DNA of 64,000 bases from a virus (IMGVR_UViG_3300028422_001686); one strand, 5' to 3'; shown: positions 35,789 to 45,605, numbered from the stretch's first letter. Numbers and translations: made by a program. Notes: generated from the letters alone by a model not told the origin.

Positions 35789-35881
35789 AGTTTTATGCCC
35801 GTTTGGGTTCATAAAAACCTCCGTCTCTTGGTTACGAAGGGAGGGGCTTAGGCCTCTCCCTTTTTTATTTTAAGGAAGAAT

Positions 35882-36184
35882 ATGTTTATGAATAGTTGTG
35901 TAGAATATTTATATCTTGTATATGATAAAAAGGAAGATTGTCTTGTTTTAGTTGAGAAGGATATTAGCCTAGATACTTTTATGACTCAGTTTAAAATTCT
36001 TTCATCTACATATATAGATAAAGAGGGTGATCTTCTAAGTACGCTATATGTTCCAAAAGAATTAGTTTCAGATTATCATATGGCTGGAAAACATGTAATT
36101 CCTCATGTTATCAGAATGTTTAATTTAGATATGATTTTTTCTTCAAAAAGCGGTATCTATTATAGGTCTAGAAAAATTAAATAG
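35882..36184 (+). CDS. hypothetical protein
   Basis: 100-aa ORF. Confidence 0.4.
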   Translation: MFMNSCVEYLYLVYDKKEDCLVLVEKDISLDTFMTQFKILSSTYIDKEGDLLSTLYVPKELVSDYHMAGKHVIPHVIRMFNLDMIFSSKSGIYYRSRKIK

Positions 36185-36204
36185 TTAGCCATAAAGGAGA
36201 ATAG

Positions 36205-36789
36205 ATGAAATGCTCTATATGTGGTAGTCAAACGTATTACAGTGGTGGCTGTATGGGTGAATGGGAATGTGACAATCCTAGGTGTGGAGAGTCTGATAAT
36301 TGCAACAGAGAAACAATAAGAGAAGGGATGGAAAAAGAAAGAGGGAGTAAAATGAGTAATAAACCTTTTGACTATGAGCAACTTAAGGAGTTAAAACCGA
36401 GTGATGATAATCCAGTTGTTTTGGAAAGAGTACAGAAATGCGGAAATTATGAAGATGTACTTATTGTGAAAACAGCCCATATTTGCAGAGAGGGATTTAT
36501 CCACTATTTCTATGCCGATGGAAATGGAAAGGGGGTTATGACGCCACTAACACTAAAGCGATTCTACTGCCTCAAAAAGAAAGAGAAGATCGTAGAGTTT
36601 TATGAGCATTTTTATATCGTATCGGGAGATACTAAATTCTTGGACGAGAACTTAAGATTGTATAATCTAGTGACTGGCAAGATTAGTGACACTCCGTATA
36701 AGTCAGATAGTGTCATAAAAATCCCAAACGGTCGCACTCTTCTGATTGATGTTGAAAATAACAAGATGATTGGGTTTAAGGTTGAGTGA
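36205..36789 (+). CDS. hypothetical protein (N-terminal Cys cluster plus a domain shared with the 37305 gene)
   Basis: CSICGS...CDNPRCGESDNC cluster. The segment FDYEQLKELKPSDDNPVVLERVQK is paralogous to the start of the 37305 ORF. Confidence 0.45.
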   Translation: MKCSICGSQTYYSGGCMGEWECDNPRCGESDNCNRETIREGMEKERGSKMSNKPFDYEQLKELKPSDDNPVVLERVQKCGNYEDVLIVKTAHICREGFIHYFYADGNGKGVMTPLTLKRFYCLKKKEKIVEFYEHFYIVSGDTKFLDENLRLYNLVTGKISDTPYKSDSVIKIPNGRTLLIDVENNKMIGFKVE

Positions 36790-37022
36790 TGTATACAAGA
36801 AGGAGAATGGATGAATGTGAAACATTCACTGAGTTCTGTGCAAGCCATACATGTAATATATATGGTGAAGTAGAGTCATCATGTCCCCTTGCTAAGTTTC
36901 AGCAACCAAATAAAAGGCCGAGTGAAAATGCGAGAGCGTATCAGAAACCTAGTGAATACTTAAGTCGGGTTAATTTAGAGTGTGAAAAAGAGTTTAATAG
37001 GCTTAAGAGAGAAAGGGAATAA
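36786..37022 (+). CDS. hypothetical protein
   Basis: 78-aa ORF. Confidence 0.35.
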   Translation: MMYTRRRMDECETFTEFCASHTCNIYGEVESSCPLAKFQQPNKRPSENARAYQKPSEYLSRVNLECEKEFNRLKRERE

Positions 37023-37024
37023 CT

Positions 37025-37303
37025 ATGTTAGTCGATAGTGTGGGAAATGAGTATAGGGTTGGTGCTATTGTTAGAATGAAGCACTTTGATACAAATAGAA
37101 AAAAGTACTACATGTATAAACAAGTATTTTCTATAGATAATGAAAAAGGAAGAGTTGGCTTTTCTCATTTGCCTGCAAGTGAAAAAGAGTTTAGGCTTCA
37201 TTTTTATTTAGGGGACACTGAATTAAGAAGAGATACAGTAATAGTAGAATGCTATTATGAAGATTATAGAGAATTAAAAAGAAATAGAGCAATGAGGGAT
37301 TAA
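37025..37303 (+). CDS. hypothetical protein
   Basis: 92-aa ORF. Confidence 0.35.
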   Translation: MLVDSVGNEYRVGAIVRMKHFDTNRKKYYMYKQVFSIDNEKGRVGFSHLPASEKEFRLHFYLGDTELRRDTVIVECYYEDYRELKRNRAMRD

Positions 37304-37304
37304 T

Positions 37305-37733
37305 ATGGACACTAATATGTTTGTATATGAAGAGCTAAAGTCATTAAAACCAAGTGATGACAATCCGGTAGTATTGGAGAGAATAAAAAAACTTGGTGAC
37401 CCTAAAGATATAATCATTTTTTACTCTTCAAACATGTCTCAGTTTGGAGATATTGTTGGTTTTGATCTTGATAACTCTTGGATTAACTTAGCAAGAAGTG
37501 ATTTAAAACTATACAGAGTAAGAAATGACACTACTGTTGAGATGAGAATGTATGGGTGGTTAGCTAGAGATACAGAGTCCCAAACATGGGAATTTCTTCT
37601 TGAGTCTACGGACAATATTAAAGATCTAGAAGATACTTATGGAGACATAAATGATAGATATGTTAGGGTTCCAGAGAAAGACGAAGTCCTTACTGTCGAT
37701 ATGAATAAACAATATAAAGTTGAGTTTGAATAA
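37305..37733 (+). CDS. hypothetical protein (paralogous domain to the 36205 gene)
   Basis: YEELKSLKPSDDNPVVLERIKK matches the 36205 protein. Confidence 0.45.
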   Translation: MDTNMFVYEELKSLKPSDDNPVVLERIKKLGDPKDIIIFYSSNMSQFGDIVGFDLDNSWINLARSDLKLYRVRNDTTVEMRMYGWLARDTESQTWEFLLESTDNIKDLEDTYGDINDRYVRVPEKDEVLTVDMNKQYKVEFE

Positions 37734-38881
37734 TGAATAATGAATCAGTAAATAGTAAATATGGTGTTTATACCATAAAAGAGTCAGATGATGTAAAAGT
37801 TTTTATTTCAGAAAACTATAAGTATCATTTAGATAAAAATAATGGCCATTTTATAAGAACAGGAAAAACTCTAGCAGATGACCCTTCTATGAGTGTTTTC
37901 GGGCCTGAAATTGCAGATATTGAAATTTCAACAATTTGTCATGGGATTCCGCCTGTAGGTATGGATAAACCTGTGCCATGTAAATTTTGTTATAAATCAA
38001 ATAGTGGTCGTGGCGAAAATATGAGCCTCGACACTTTCAAGCAGATTTTTCATAAATTTCCAAGGTCATTGACTCAGATTGCTTTTGGTATTGGCGATAT
38101 TGACTCTAATCCTGATCTTTGGAATATTATGCGTTATTGCAGGGATAATAACTATCAGTTTATTGTCCCTAACGTAACTGTAAATGGATATAATTTAAAA
38201 GATGAATATGTTCAAAACCTAAAAGAGCTGTGTGGCGCGGTAGCTGTGTCTAGATATAAAAACTATGACGTATGCTATGACGCAGTTAAAAAGCTTACTG
38301 ATGCGGGAATGGATCAAGTAAATATTCATATGCTTGTATCAGAAGAGACATTTGAAGACTGTTTACAAGTCGTTAAAGATAAAGCGAGTGACCCTAGATT
38401 AGAAAAGCTTAATGCTATTGTCTTTTTGTCTTTAAAGCCAGTAGGAAAGACTAATACTTATAAGAGCTTAGATTCTAAGAGGTATCGTGAAATCATCGAT
38501 CTTGCTTTGGATTTGAAAGTAGGTATTGGCTTTGATTCTTGTTCTGCACCTAAGTTTTTAAAGGCAGTAGAAGACTGTGAAGCATTTGAAGCCTATAAAG
38601 TCTTAGCTGAGCCTTGTGAATCATTTTCTTTCTCTATCTATGTTAATCAGAGAGGAGAAGTTACTCCCTGTTCATTTTTAGAACACAGTGACAAATACAA
38701 GCCCATTAATCTGCTAGAGGTTAATGACTTTATGGATGAGGTTTGGCATTCTGATTTAGCCAATACTTTTAGAAGCCATTTGGCCGAAACAGAGTCAAAG
38801 TGCTCTATGGATTGTCGAATGTGTCCAGCATTTGATATTTATGGGCCAGAGCTATATAAGAAGGCTAATGATGTCGAATAA
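37733..38881 (+). CDS. putative radical-SAM-like enzyme with a non-canonical Cys motif
   Basis: ISTICHGIPPVGMDKPVPCKFCY gives a CX14CX2C spacing of the kind seen in QueE-type radical-SAM enzymes. A C-terminal Cys cluster CSMDCRMCP is present. This assignment is tentative. Confidence 0.3.
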   Translation: MNNESVNSKYGVYTIKESDDVKVFISENYKYHLDKNNGHFIRTGKTLADDPSMSVFGPEIADIEISTICHGIPPVGMDKPVPCKFCYKSNSGRGENMSLDTFKQIFHKFPRSLTQIAFGIGDIDSNPDLWNIMRYCRDNNYQFIVPNVTVNGYNLKDEYVQNLKELCGAVAVSRYKNYDVCYDAVKKLTDAGMDQVNIHMLVSEETFEDCLQVVKDKASDPRLEKLNAIVFLSLKPVGKTNTYKSLDSKRYREIIDLALDLKVGIGFDSCSAPKFLKAVEDCEAFEAYKVLAEPCESFSFSIYVNQRGEVTPCSFLEHSDKYKPINLLEVNDFMDEVWHSDLANTFRSHLAETESKCSMDCRMCPAFDIYGPELYKKANDVE

Positions 38882-39062
38882 AACTCTTGTAGAAAAATTG
38901 ACTGAGATTGCATCTGCTGCATTAGTAGAAACGTTGTCTGAAATGGCGAATGAAAGCATAAAACATTTAAAAAATAAAACAAGTAAGGGCCGTAAAGATG
39001 GCTCATCACGTAAAGTGACACCTAGAAGTACGAAGGGTGGAAAAAGTACGAAGACTTCTTGA
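38868..39062 (+). CDS. hypothetical basic protein
   Basis: ATG at 38868. Confidence 0.35.
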   Translation: MMSNKTLVEKLTEIASAALVETLSEMANESIKHLKNKTSKGRKDGSSRKVTPRSTKGGKSTKTS

Positions 39063-39165
39063 AATCAGAGGTCAAAACAGGATAAAACCGCAGGACTAGC
39101 GGTATATAAGTAGAGCAAAGTTTGCACATTACTAAAATATGTGATTAATCTGAAGGGAGAGGCCT

Positions 39166-39402
39166 ATGTCTCTCCCTTTTAATTTAAGAGAGAGTGGTAT
39201 GGTTTATAAGGATATGACATTTTGCGGACTTAGAATGTGTACAAAGTTTGATAAATGCGAAAGAGCTTTAACTGAAAAAGTTATTGAAGGTGCTAACTAC
39301 TGGTGGATGGACATGCTAGGAGACCCGCCAATATCTATTTTTGCAGAACCACCAGAGTGTTATAGTTTAAATGAAAAAGATATGAATAAGGATTTAAAAT
39401 GA
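39166..39402 (+). CDS. hypothetical protein
   Basis: 78-aa ORF. Confidence 0.4.
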   Translation: MSLPFNLRESGMVYKDMTFCGLRMCTKFDKCERALTEKVIEGANYWWMDMLGDPPISIFAEPPECYSLNEKDMNKDLK

Positions 39403-39785
39403 ATTTAAAAATAGATTTATCAGCAACTGACGTAGGTAAAGAGATTCAAAGATCTATCCTTGAGTTAGTTAGAGATGCTGTTAAAAATGAAGTAAGAGAT
39501 CAATTTAATGATATTATAAAAATGACCGTTAAAGAGGTTGTTGATAGAAAACTTGGGGCTGTAGCCGGTTATACTTGGGCAAATCTTTATCAAAATGTCG
39601 CTAGAGAACAAATCAAGCACTCATTATGGCGTACTGATCTTAAAGATATGCTAGTTGCTAAAGTCCAAGATGAGATTAATTCTTCATCAGATATGGTTAA
39701 AAAAGAATATAAAGATATTGCTAAAAGACTATTGAGTCAAATTGATCTAGACAAGCTGATTGCTTTAACTAAGGTAAACTCTTAA
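39399..39785 (+). CDS. hypothetical protein
   Basis: 128-aa ORF. Confidence 0.4.
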   Translation: MNLKIDLSATDVGKEIQRSILELVRDAVKNEVRDQFNDIIKMTVKEVVDRKLGAVAGYTWANLYQNVAREQIKHSLWRTDLKDMLVAKVQDEINSSSDMVKKEYKDIAKRLLSQIDLDKLIALTKVNS

Positions 39786-40036
39786 GGCTATAGTGCACCA
39801 CCTTTTTAAAGGAGATTTTTATGGAAAATATTACGGTAAAAAGATATAAAAATCCTAAAAAAGTTGGATGGAAAGGTTTTATTGAACCTAAGGATGGTTC
39901 TTGGATTGCGTTTATTCGGTTAGATGGGGTGCCTGTTTTTTATCTTAAAAGAGATAGCTCAGGTAGGGTTTTAGACTAGATTTGTGTGGTGCACTGACTG
40001 TGTGGATGGCACAGTCTTTTTTTTAAGGAAAGCTTT

Positions 40037-40237
40037 ATGATGCGTTCAGAAGATGAAGATTATTATAGATCTATAGAAGAAAGTGACATGTATTCTCGTC
40101 TTCAAGAAGAGAATCAAAAGCTTCAAGCTGCGATAGATACTATTGAAATTATCATTAAACCTATAATTGATGACCCATATAGCAATAGCGTGTCTGCAGT
40201 GAAAAGAATTAGGAATGTTATTAACTCCATAAAGTAA
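40037..40237 (+). CDS. hypothetical protein
   Basis: 66-aa ORF. Confidence 0.35.
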   Translation: MMRSEDEDYYRSIEESDMYSRLQEENQKLQAAIDTIEIIIKPIIDDPYSNSVSAVKRIRNVINSIK

Positions 40238-40246
40238 GAGGTCACT

Positions 40247-40612
40247 ATGGATAAAATTGATTATGAAAATAGTGAGCTGTTGGCTATCTTAAAAAGAGAG
40301 TCTCCTAGGCTTTTTGATCGAATTGCTATAATGTATAAAACTAAGAAAAAATATGAAAATTCTTTAGAAAAATTAGTTGGGAAAAAAGTTAGGACTTTGA
40401 GGTCTGGTTTTTGTGGCGGAGAAGGAGCTATTAGACTGATCAAAGAAGTCTCGTGGGCTGATACAGAAAAGACAATTCCCTGCTTTCTATTAATTGATCC
40501 TGCAGATGTAGAAAATAAGCATGAAAGTTTAAGTATTATTAATTGGACAAATCCACGAACGGGCGACTGTTATGACTGGTATAGAGATTTTATAGTTATT
40601 GAGGAAGAATAA
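40247..40612 (+). CDS. hypothetical protein
   Basis: 121-aa ORF. Confidence 0.4.
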   Translation: MDKIDYENSELLAILKRESPRLFDRIAIMYKTKKKYENSLEKLVGKKVRTLRSGFCGGEGAIRLIKEVSWADTEKTIPCFLLIDPADVENKHESLSIINWTNPRTGDCYDWYRDFIVIEEE

Positions 40613-40613
40613 T

Positions 40614-41042
40614 ATGAAAATAAGAAATGGTTTTGTTAGCAATTCGAGTTCAAGTTCTTTTCTTGTTATAGGAGAAGAAAATCTAAGAAAACTTGGGGCT
40701 GAATATGTTAGGTTAACCCCCAATCAAGCAAAAGTTGCAATAGAGGATTATTTAGAAGGTTATTCTTGGAGAAAAAATGACAAGAACTTCTTTAATGATT
40801 GTAATATTAATGATATTTATTTAACTGAATTTATTAGCGATTGCTCAGACACCTATGACAAGGTTAATGATTTAGATGAAGCTGTTCATTGGGAAGAAGG
40901 TGGTCATGGTTCACCATATGACCATGATGATTATATCTCTTTAAACGGCCTTCCTGTTGATAGCTATGATTGTGTTCACTTTCCTAAATATCTTCAAGAT
41001 AAAGTCATTGAAATGGAGTATAAACTGCAAAAGGAAAGTTAA
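40614..41042 (+). CDS. MK[IV]RxGFVSNSSSSSF-family protein (paralog 1)
   Basis: N-terminus MKIRNGFVSNSSSSSFLVIG. Confidence 0.5.
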   Translation: MKIRNGFVSNSSSSSFLVIGEENLRKLGAEYVRLTPNQAKVAIEDYLEGYSWRKNDKNFFNDCNINDIYLTEFISDCSDTYDKVNDLDEAVHWEEGGHGSPYDHDDYISLNGLPVDSYDCVHFPKYLQDKVIEMEYKLQKES

Positions 41043-41314
41043 TGAAAATTAGAAATGGTTTTGTTTCAAACTCAAGTAGTTCTAGCTTTATGATACCAAG
41101 GATTTTTGTTTCTAGATATCAGTTAGAGCAAATAGAGAACCATATTGAAGTAGCTGAAAGCTTAGATATGTATCCAGATATTTCTGATGCTTGGCATATT
41201 GATAGTGACGACTATAAAGTAGAGGGTTGGACATCAATGGACAATTTTGATATGCATAAATTTTTAAACTTAATAGGCGTTCCTGCAGAAGCAGTTAAAT
41301 GGGAGTATGAATGA
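41042..41314 (+). CDS. MK[IV]RxGFVSNSSSSSF-family protein (paralog 2)
   Basis: N-terminus MKIRNGFVSNSSSSSFMIPR. Confidence 0.5.
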   Translation: MKIRNGFVSNSSSSSFMIPRIFVSRYQLEQIENHIEVAESLDMYPDISDAWHIDSDDYKVEGWTSMDNFDMHKFLNLIGVPAEAVKWEYE

Positions 41315-41799
41315 AAGTAAGAAAAGGCTTTGTAAGCAATAGTAGCAGTTCATCTTTTATTATTGGCATTGGGAAAGTAAAAGATATCCAAAAATTTAGA
41401 GGGTGGATAAAAGATAATTCCATAAAAGAGAATAATTGGAATGGCCTTCAAGTAAAGTCTACAACTGAAGTTTTAGAAACTAACTTTAATTATTCTAATG
41501 GATATCGTTTAAGAGATATGAAAGAACTTGTAACTGAAGGATGTGTTAATTCTGAGCCAGAAGTCAGCACCCCATTTGATCCGTCTAAAGAAGAGTATTA
41601 CTGTATTGTAAATATTGGAAATGATGAAGGTGATTGTGCTTTTGCAGATCCCAATAATGGCTTTTGGGCTGAACCTGACTATGATCAAGTAGATGAAAAT
41701 TGGTTTGAGGGCGAACAAAAAGCTATTTTAGATATGCTTATGGATGGTCAATTATTAGCAAAAGGTAATTGGCAGTTTGGTGCCGATAGGAACGGTTAA
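41311..41799 (+). CDS. MK[IV]RxGFVSNSSSSSF-family protein (paralog 3)
   Basis: N-terminus MKVRKGFVSNSSSSSFIIGIG. Confidence 0.5.
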   Translation: MKVRKGFVSNSSSSSFIIGIGKVKDIQKFRGWIKDNSIKENNWNGLQVKSTTEVLETNFNYSNGYRLRDMKELVTEGCVNSEPEVSTPFDPSKEEYYCIVNIGNDEGDCAFADPNNGFWAEPDYDQVDENWFEGEQKAILDMLMDGQLLAKGNWQFGADRNG

Positions 41800-41800
41800 T

Positions 41801-41980
41801 ATGGAAGATTTAATGTACAAACTTTTATTGGATAGAATAGACGTTTTGGTAGTCGAAAATGCGTTAATGGACTACAGAACGATTGTTAAAAATAGCATGA
41901 CTCTAACTAGAGAAGAAAAAGAAGTTTTATTGTTTAGGTTGAATCGTGTTATTGATAGGCTTAAAGCAGAAAATAATTAA
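41801..41980 (+). CDS. hypothetical protein
   Basis: ATG at 41801. Confidence 0.35.
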   Translation: MEDLMYKLLLDRIDVLVVENALMDYRTIVKNSMTLTREEKEVLLFRLNRVIDRLKAENN

Positions 41981-42134
41981 GGAGTAGTTATGCCCATTTT
42001 TATAAAAGCTTTAATTGCCCTATTGTTAGTTCATGTTTTATGCGTTTTTATTATTTCAATTAAAAAATTTGATAAAACGGCAAAAAAAAGGACTAAAAAA
42101 GGAAACTTTAAAAGATTTCTTTTTGGAGAATAAG

Positions 42135-42443
42135 ATGAAGATTCGACTAAGTAAGGAGTATTGGAATTTCTGTAAAAGTTCATGGACAATTAAGTGTCGT
42201 AATTGTGAAACAAAACTCTCTTTTACTTCTCATGAAATTGCAGATCTTAATAATAGGTTCTATATCTGTCCTGTCTGTAAAAACTCAGTTCTTATTCGTT
42301 TTGAAGAAACTATTCATAACACTTATCTTAAGCTGATAAAAATGAGAAAAGCGAAGTGGATTAAATGGTATAAAAAGCAAAAAAATAAAAATAATTTTTT
42401 TATTAACTTAAAGGATGCTTTTATTGACTGGTTAAATAGCTAA
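42135..42443 (+). CDS. Zn-ribbon protein
   Basis: CRNCETK...CPVCKNS motif. ATG at 42135. Confidence 0.4.
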   Translation: MKIRLSKEYWNFCKSSWTIKCRNCETKLSFTSHEIADLNNRFYICPVCKNSVLIRFEETIHNTYLKLIKMRKAKWIKWYKKQKNKNNFFINLKDAFIDWLNS

Positions 42444-42452
42444 GAGGTTATT

Positions 42453-42968
42453 ATGTCTAATGTCTTTACAGAGAGGTTTTTAGCTAGAATAAAAGGGTCT
42501 AAATTTGAAGACTTAATTCTTAAATATCCAGAACTATATGGTGATCCAGACCCAGAGGGTGGCTGTAAATATGCTGTTCAAAGATACGGCATTCAAACCC
42601 CCATAGGATGGAAGAAAGTTATTGAGGATTTTTCTCAAGAACTATCTACTTATATTAAAGAAAACCCTGTCAAAGACTTCTGTGTTCATCAGGTTAAGAG
42701 CAAGTTCGGCTCTTTGTGTATTTATTTAAGTTATTATGATGATGCTATTAGAAGTATGATAGATAAGGCGGAAGATAAAGCTTCTAATCATTGTCCAGAC
42801 TGCGGTAGTACAAGAAGGTTTAAAGAAAATCTTGGTGGTGGATACTGGTGTTATGCTTGTGTAGATTGTGCGGAGGAAGAAGATGGAAAAACCTTGTGGA
42901 CTATTGCCCCTGACAGAGATAGAAGTGAAATTAGACCAATGGGCGAGGCACTTAGAGAGTCAAAATAA
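42453..42968 (+). CDS. hypothetical Cys-rich protein
   Basis: CPDCGS...CYACVDC motif. Confidence 0.45.
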   Translation: MSNVFTERFLARIKGSKFEDLILKYPELYGDPDPEGGCKYAVQRYGIQTPIGWKKVIEDFSQELSTYIKENPVKDFCVHQVKSKFGSLCIYLSYYDDAIRSMIDKAEDKASNHCPDCGSTRRFKENLGGGYWCYACVDCAEEEDGKTLWTIAPDRDRSEIRPMGEALRESK

Positions 42969-42969
42969 A

Positions 42970-43122
42970 ATGTTATTAGATGCCATTTATAGTGCGAGAA
43001 AGATTAATGGATGTAAGGATAATGAGTGTAACGATAAATATCACAGAATCTCTGATCCTTGGACAGAGTATGATTGCCCTTTATGCGAAGTGACCGCCAA
43101 AATAAAAAGGACTACTAAATGA
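42970..43122 (+). CDS. hypothetical small Cys protein
   Basis: ATG at 42970. Confidence 0.3.
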   Translation: MLLDAIYSARKINGCKDNECNDKYHRISDPWTEYDCPLCEVTAKIKRTTK

Positions 43123-43592
43123 AAATTAGAGAAGGATTTGTTTCAAATTCAAGTTCAAGTAGCTTTGTAGTTATAGGAACTTCTGGAGTAAAACAAGAGA
43201 TTAATTTAGAGGAAGATAGTACATGGTATATTATTGGTGAGCAAGGCGAAACAGAGTTTGGCTGGGGTCCTTATAAAATTAAGGACATTCATAGCAGAAT
43301 TAATTTTGCCTATATTCAAGCTACAGCGATAGAGCATCAAGGGTGGCAAGATATGCTAGAAGAAGTTTTAAGAGAGAATCTTAACCTTCGTATTGATTGC
43401 TGTATCACAAGTGATTGGTCTAAGTCAGCTTCATCTAATTCAAGTAAATATGTTAAAGAGTATGGTTATATTGACCACCAATCTTCTGCCACGGAGGGAG
43501 AGAATATTGAGATCTTTGATTCAAAAGAAAATTTATATAATTTTATTTTTGATAAAGATTCATATATTCAATTAGATCACGATAATCATTAG
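43119..43592 (+). CDS. MK[IV]RxGFVSNSSSSSF-family protein (paralog 4)
   Basis: N-terminus MKIREGFVSNSSSSSFVVIG. Confidence 0.5.
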   Translation: MKIREGFVSNSSSSSFVVIGTSGVKQEINLEEDSTWYIIGEQGETEFGWGPYKIKDIHSRINFAYIQATAIEHQGWQDMLEEVLRENLNLRIDCCITSDWSKSASSNSSKYVKEYGYIDHQSSATEGENIEIFDSKENLYNFIFDKDSYIQLDHDNH

Positions 43593-43600
43593 GAGATATT

Positions 43601-44182
43601 ATGAAAGTAAGGTCTGGCTTTGTCTCAAATTCAAGTTCAGCAAGTTTTATCGTTGAAGTTAAGACCCCAACCCGGGATGATATGAAAAAGCTTTGCTATG
43701 CTTTATATGACAATATCCCTTGTTTTTCGGATGATGGATGTAAAGATCTACTAGAAAAAAGGCTTAATTTTTACGAGACATATAAGAAGCCAAAAGATGA
43801 TGCCCCTGATAATGTAAAAAGGTCCTACCAAAGAGAGATTGATCATATACAAAAGGAGCTAGACTATTTAAGGAACTATGTAAGAGAAGAATACAAGTTT
43901 AGTAATGAAAAGTTAGCAATTGAGAATAATAAAATCATCTCTATAAGAGAAAATAAACATAAAGAAAAAGTTGTGGAGATTGCAGTAGATGCATTGCACT
44001 GGAATTTTTCTTTGGATACAATTAATGGCATTAATTACACTGTGATTGATGCAGGTGGACCTATTATTTATAATGACTGGCATGATGTTAGGGTTAGAAA
44101 AAACTATATGGAGCTAATAGCTTTCTTAAAGTTTTATAATTATGACATAAATATAAGGGTTTCTGGAGATTGGAGTTTATAA
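43601..44182 (+). CDS. MK[IV]RxGFVSNSSSSSF-family protein (paralog 5)
   Basis: N-terminus MKVRSGFVSNSSSASFIVEV. Confidence 0.5.
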   Translation: MKVRSGFVSNSSSASFIVEVKTPTRDDMKKLCYALYDNIPCFSDDGCKDLLEKRLNFYETYKKPKDDAPDNVKRSYQREIDHIQKELDYLRNYVREEYKFSNEKLAIENNKIISIRENKHKEKVVEIAVDALHWNFSLDTINGINYTVIDAGGPIIYNDWHDVRVRKNYMELIAFLKFYNYDINIRVSGDWSL

Positions 44183-44481
44183 TGGTATATGAAAATGCAA
44201 TTAATGCTATTAAGGCACTGGATAGTTCTAGTCCAGACTATGAAGATATGATGGGCTGTATTATTAAGAAAACGGTCCATGAAGAGAAGCATCATGTTTA
44301 TCGGAAGATTGCTTATGATTTAAAATATGGGCCAAAAAAAGCAAGAGCCTATAAGAGATATACTCATAGCTTAATTGATACTTTTCTTAAACTTAAGATT
44401 GAGACTCATAAAAAGTTTTCAAGTAAACCATATGATATGCAGATATATGGAAAGTTCAACTGGAAAAGAAAAAATGTGTAG
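44182..44481 (+). CDS. hypothetical protein
   Basis: ATG at 44182 overlaps the upstream stop codon. Confidence 0.4.
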   Translation: MVYENAINAIKALDSSSPDYEDMMGCIIKKTVHEEKHHVYRKIAYDLKYGPKKARAYKRYTHSLIDTFLKLKIETHKKFSSKPYDMQIYGKFNWKRKNV

Positions 44482-44719
44482 ATCAAGTTACAAGGCTCAA
44501 GTTGCAGCTATGAGATATCTAGCTATAAAAAAGCCTAAAGAATACTATATGGAGTTTAAAAAAACAGATGCTTTTCTTAAAATGCAGGAGAGAAGAAATC
44601 TTTCTTGTTTTGTTCTTTATGAAAAAAGAAAAGAGTATTATGGGTCAATTATAATTACAGAATATGACCCATTCCATATAGTCTATTTAGCGGATAAGGA
44701 GTACGAAGGTGCAAAATAA
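44474..44719 (+). CDS. hypothetical protein
   Basis: ATG at 44474. Confidence 0.35.
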   Translation: MCRSSYKAQVAAMRYLAIKKPKEYYMEFKKTDAFLKMQERRNLSCFVLYEKRKEYYGSIIITEYDPFHIVYLADKEYEGAK

Positions 44720-45602
44720 CATTACTGTTTTTCATCACAATGACCCAGATGGTTATTGTGCAAAGTTTTGGTTTCACTTCTTTCATTTTATGGAACCTTA
44801 TTGTGCAAAAGTAGTAAATGTGTCTTATTTTGAGTATGCTTATGGTTCAATTGAAAATATTGAATTAATAAAGGATAATACTGTTTATTTTCTTGATTGT
44901 TCACCTGCCAATATAGCTGATGTGGAGAGTTTGAAAGCGCAAGGAAATAAGATCATTATTATTGACCATCATGCTACAGCTTATGACCGATACAAAGAAG
45001 ATTCAGAGATTGAGCTATACTATGATGTAAAACATTCTGGATGTGAATTAACAAGGCTTTATTTTCAAAACAAATACACTGATGGCGAAGCTCTTTATCC
45101 AACACTTTTTTCTAAGCTCATAGAAGATTGGGATATTTGGAAATTTGAATTAGACAACACAGAAGAATTTATCTTTGGATTACAGTCTCAAGACATTAAA
45201 GATATGAAAGTGTGGGAAGAGCTACTTTATGAAGGGACAGATGAAATAAGCAAGTATATATCTATCGGAAAGCACTTAATTGCTTTTAGAAAGAATATGG
45301 CTGAAATTATTATTAAAAACACTGGTCAAGAAATTTATTTTCATGGTTTTAGTTGTTATGCGATTAATAATTGTCTTCCTTCATCAAAATGGTTTCTAGA
45401 TAAAGCTAAAGAGTATGATTGTATATTGAACTGGGCTATTCAATCTGATGGAAAAGTGAAGATTTCTCTGTACAGTGAATTTCCAGAGAAAGTTCAGGCT
45501 GGCAAGCTTTTAGAAAAATACTATGGTGGCGGTGGTCATGCTGGTGCTGCTGGTGCCATAATTGAAAGAGACAGATTCTTTAAAAATATATTTGGTTGGT
45601 AG
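44709..45602 (+). CDS. DHH-family phosphoesterase (NrnA/RecJ-like, DHH plus DHHA1)
   Basis: Three conserved motifs are present: VFHHNDPDGYC (motif I), IIIIDHHAT (DHH) and GGGGHAGAAGA (DHHA1 GGGH). Confidence 0.6.
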   Translation: MQNNITVFHHNDPDGYCAKFWFHFFHFMEPYCAKVVNVSYFEYAYGSIENIELIKDNTVYFLDCSPANIADVESLKAQGNKIIIIDHHATAYDRYKEDSEIELYYDVKHSGCELTRLYFQNKYTDGEALYPTLFSKLIEDWDIWKFELDNTEEFIFGLQSQDIKDMKVWEELLYEGTDEISKYISIGKHLIAFRKNMAEIIIKNTGQEIYFHGFSCYAINNCLPSSKWFLDKAKEYDCILNWAIQSDGKVKISLYSEFPEKVQAGKLLEKYYGGGGHAGAAGAIIERDRFFKNIFGW

Positions 45603-45605
45603 TTT

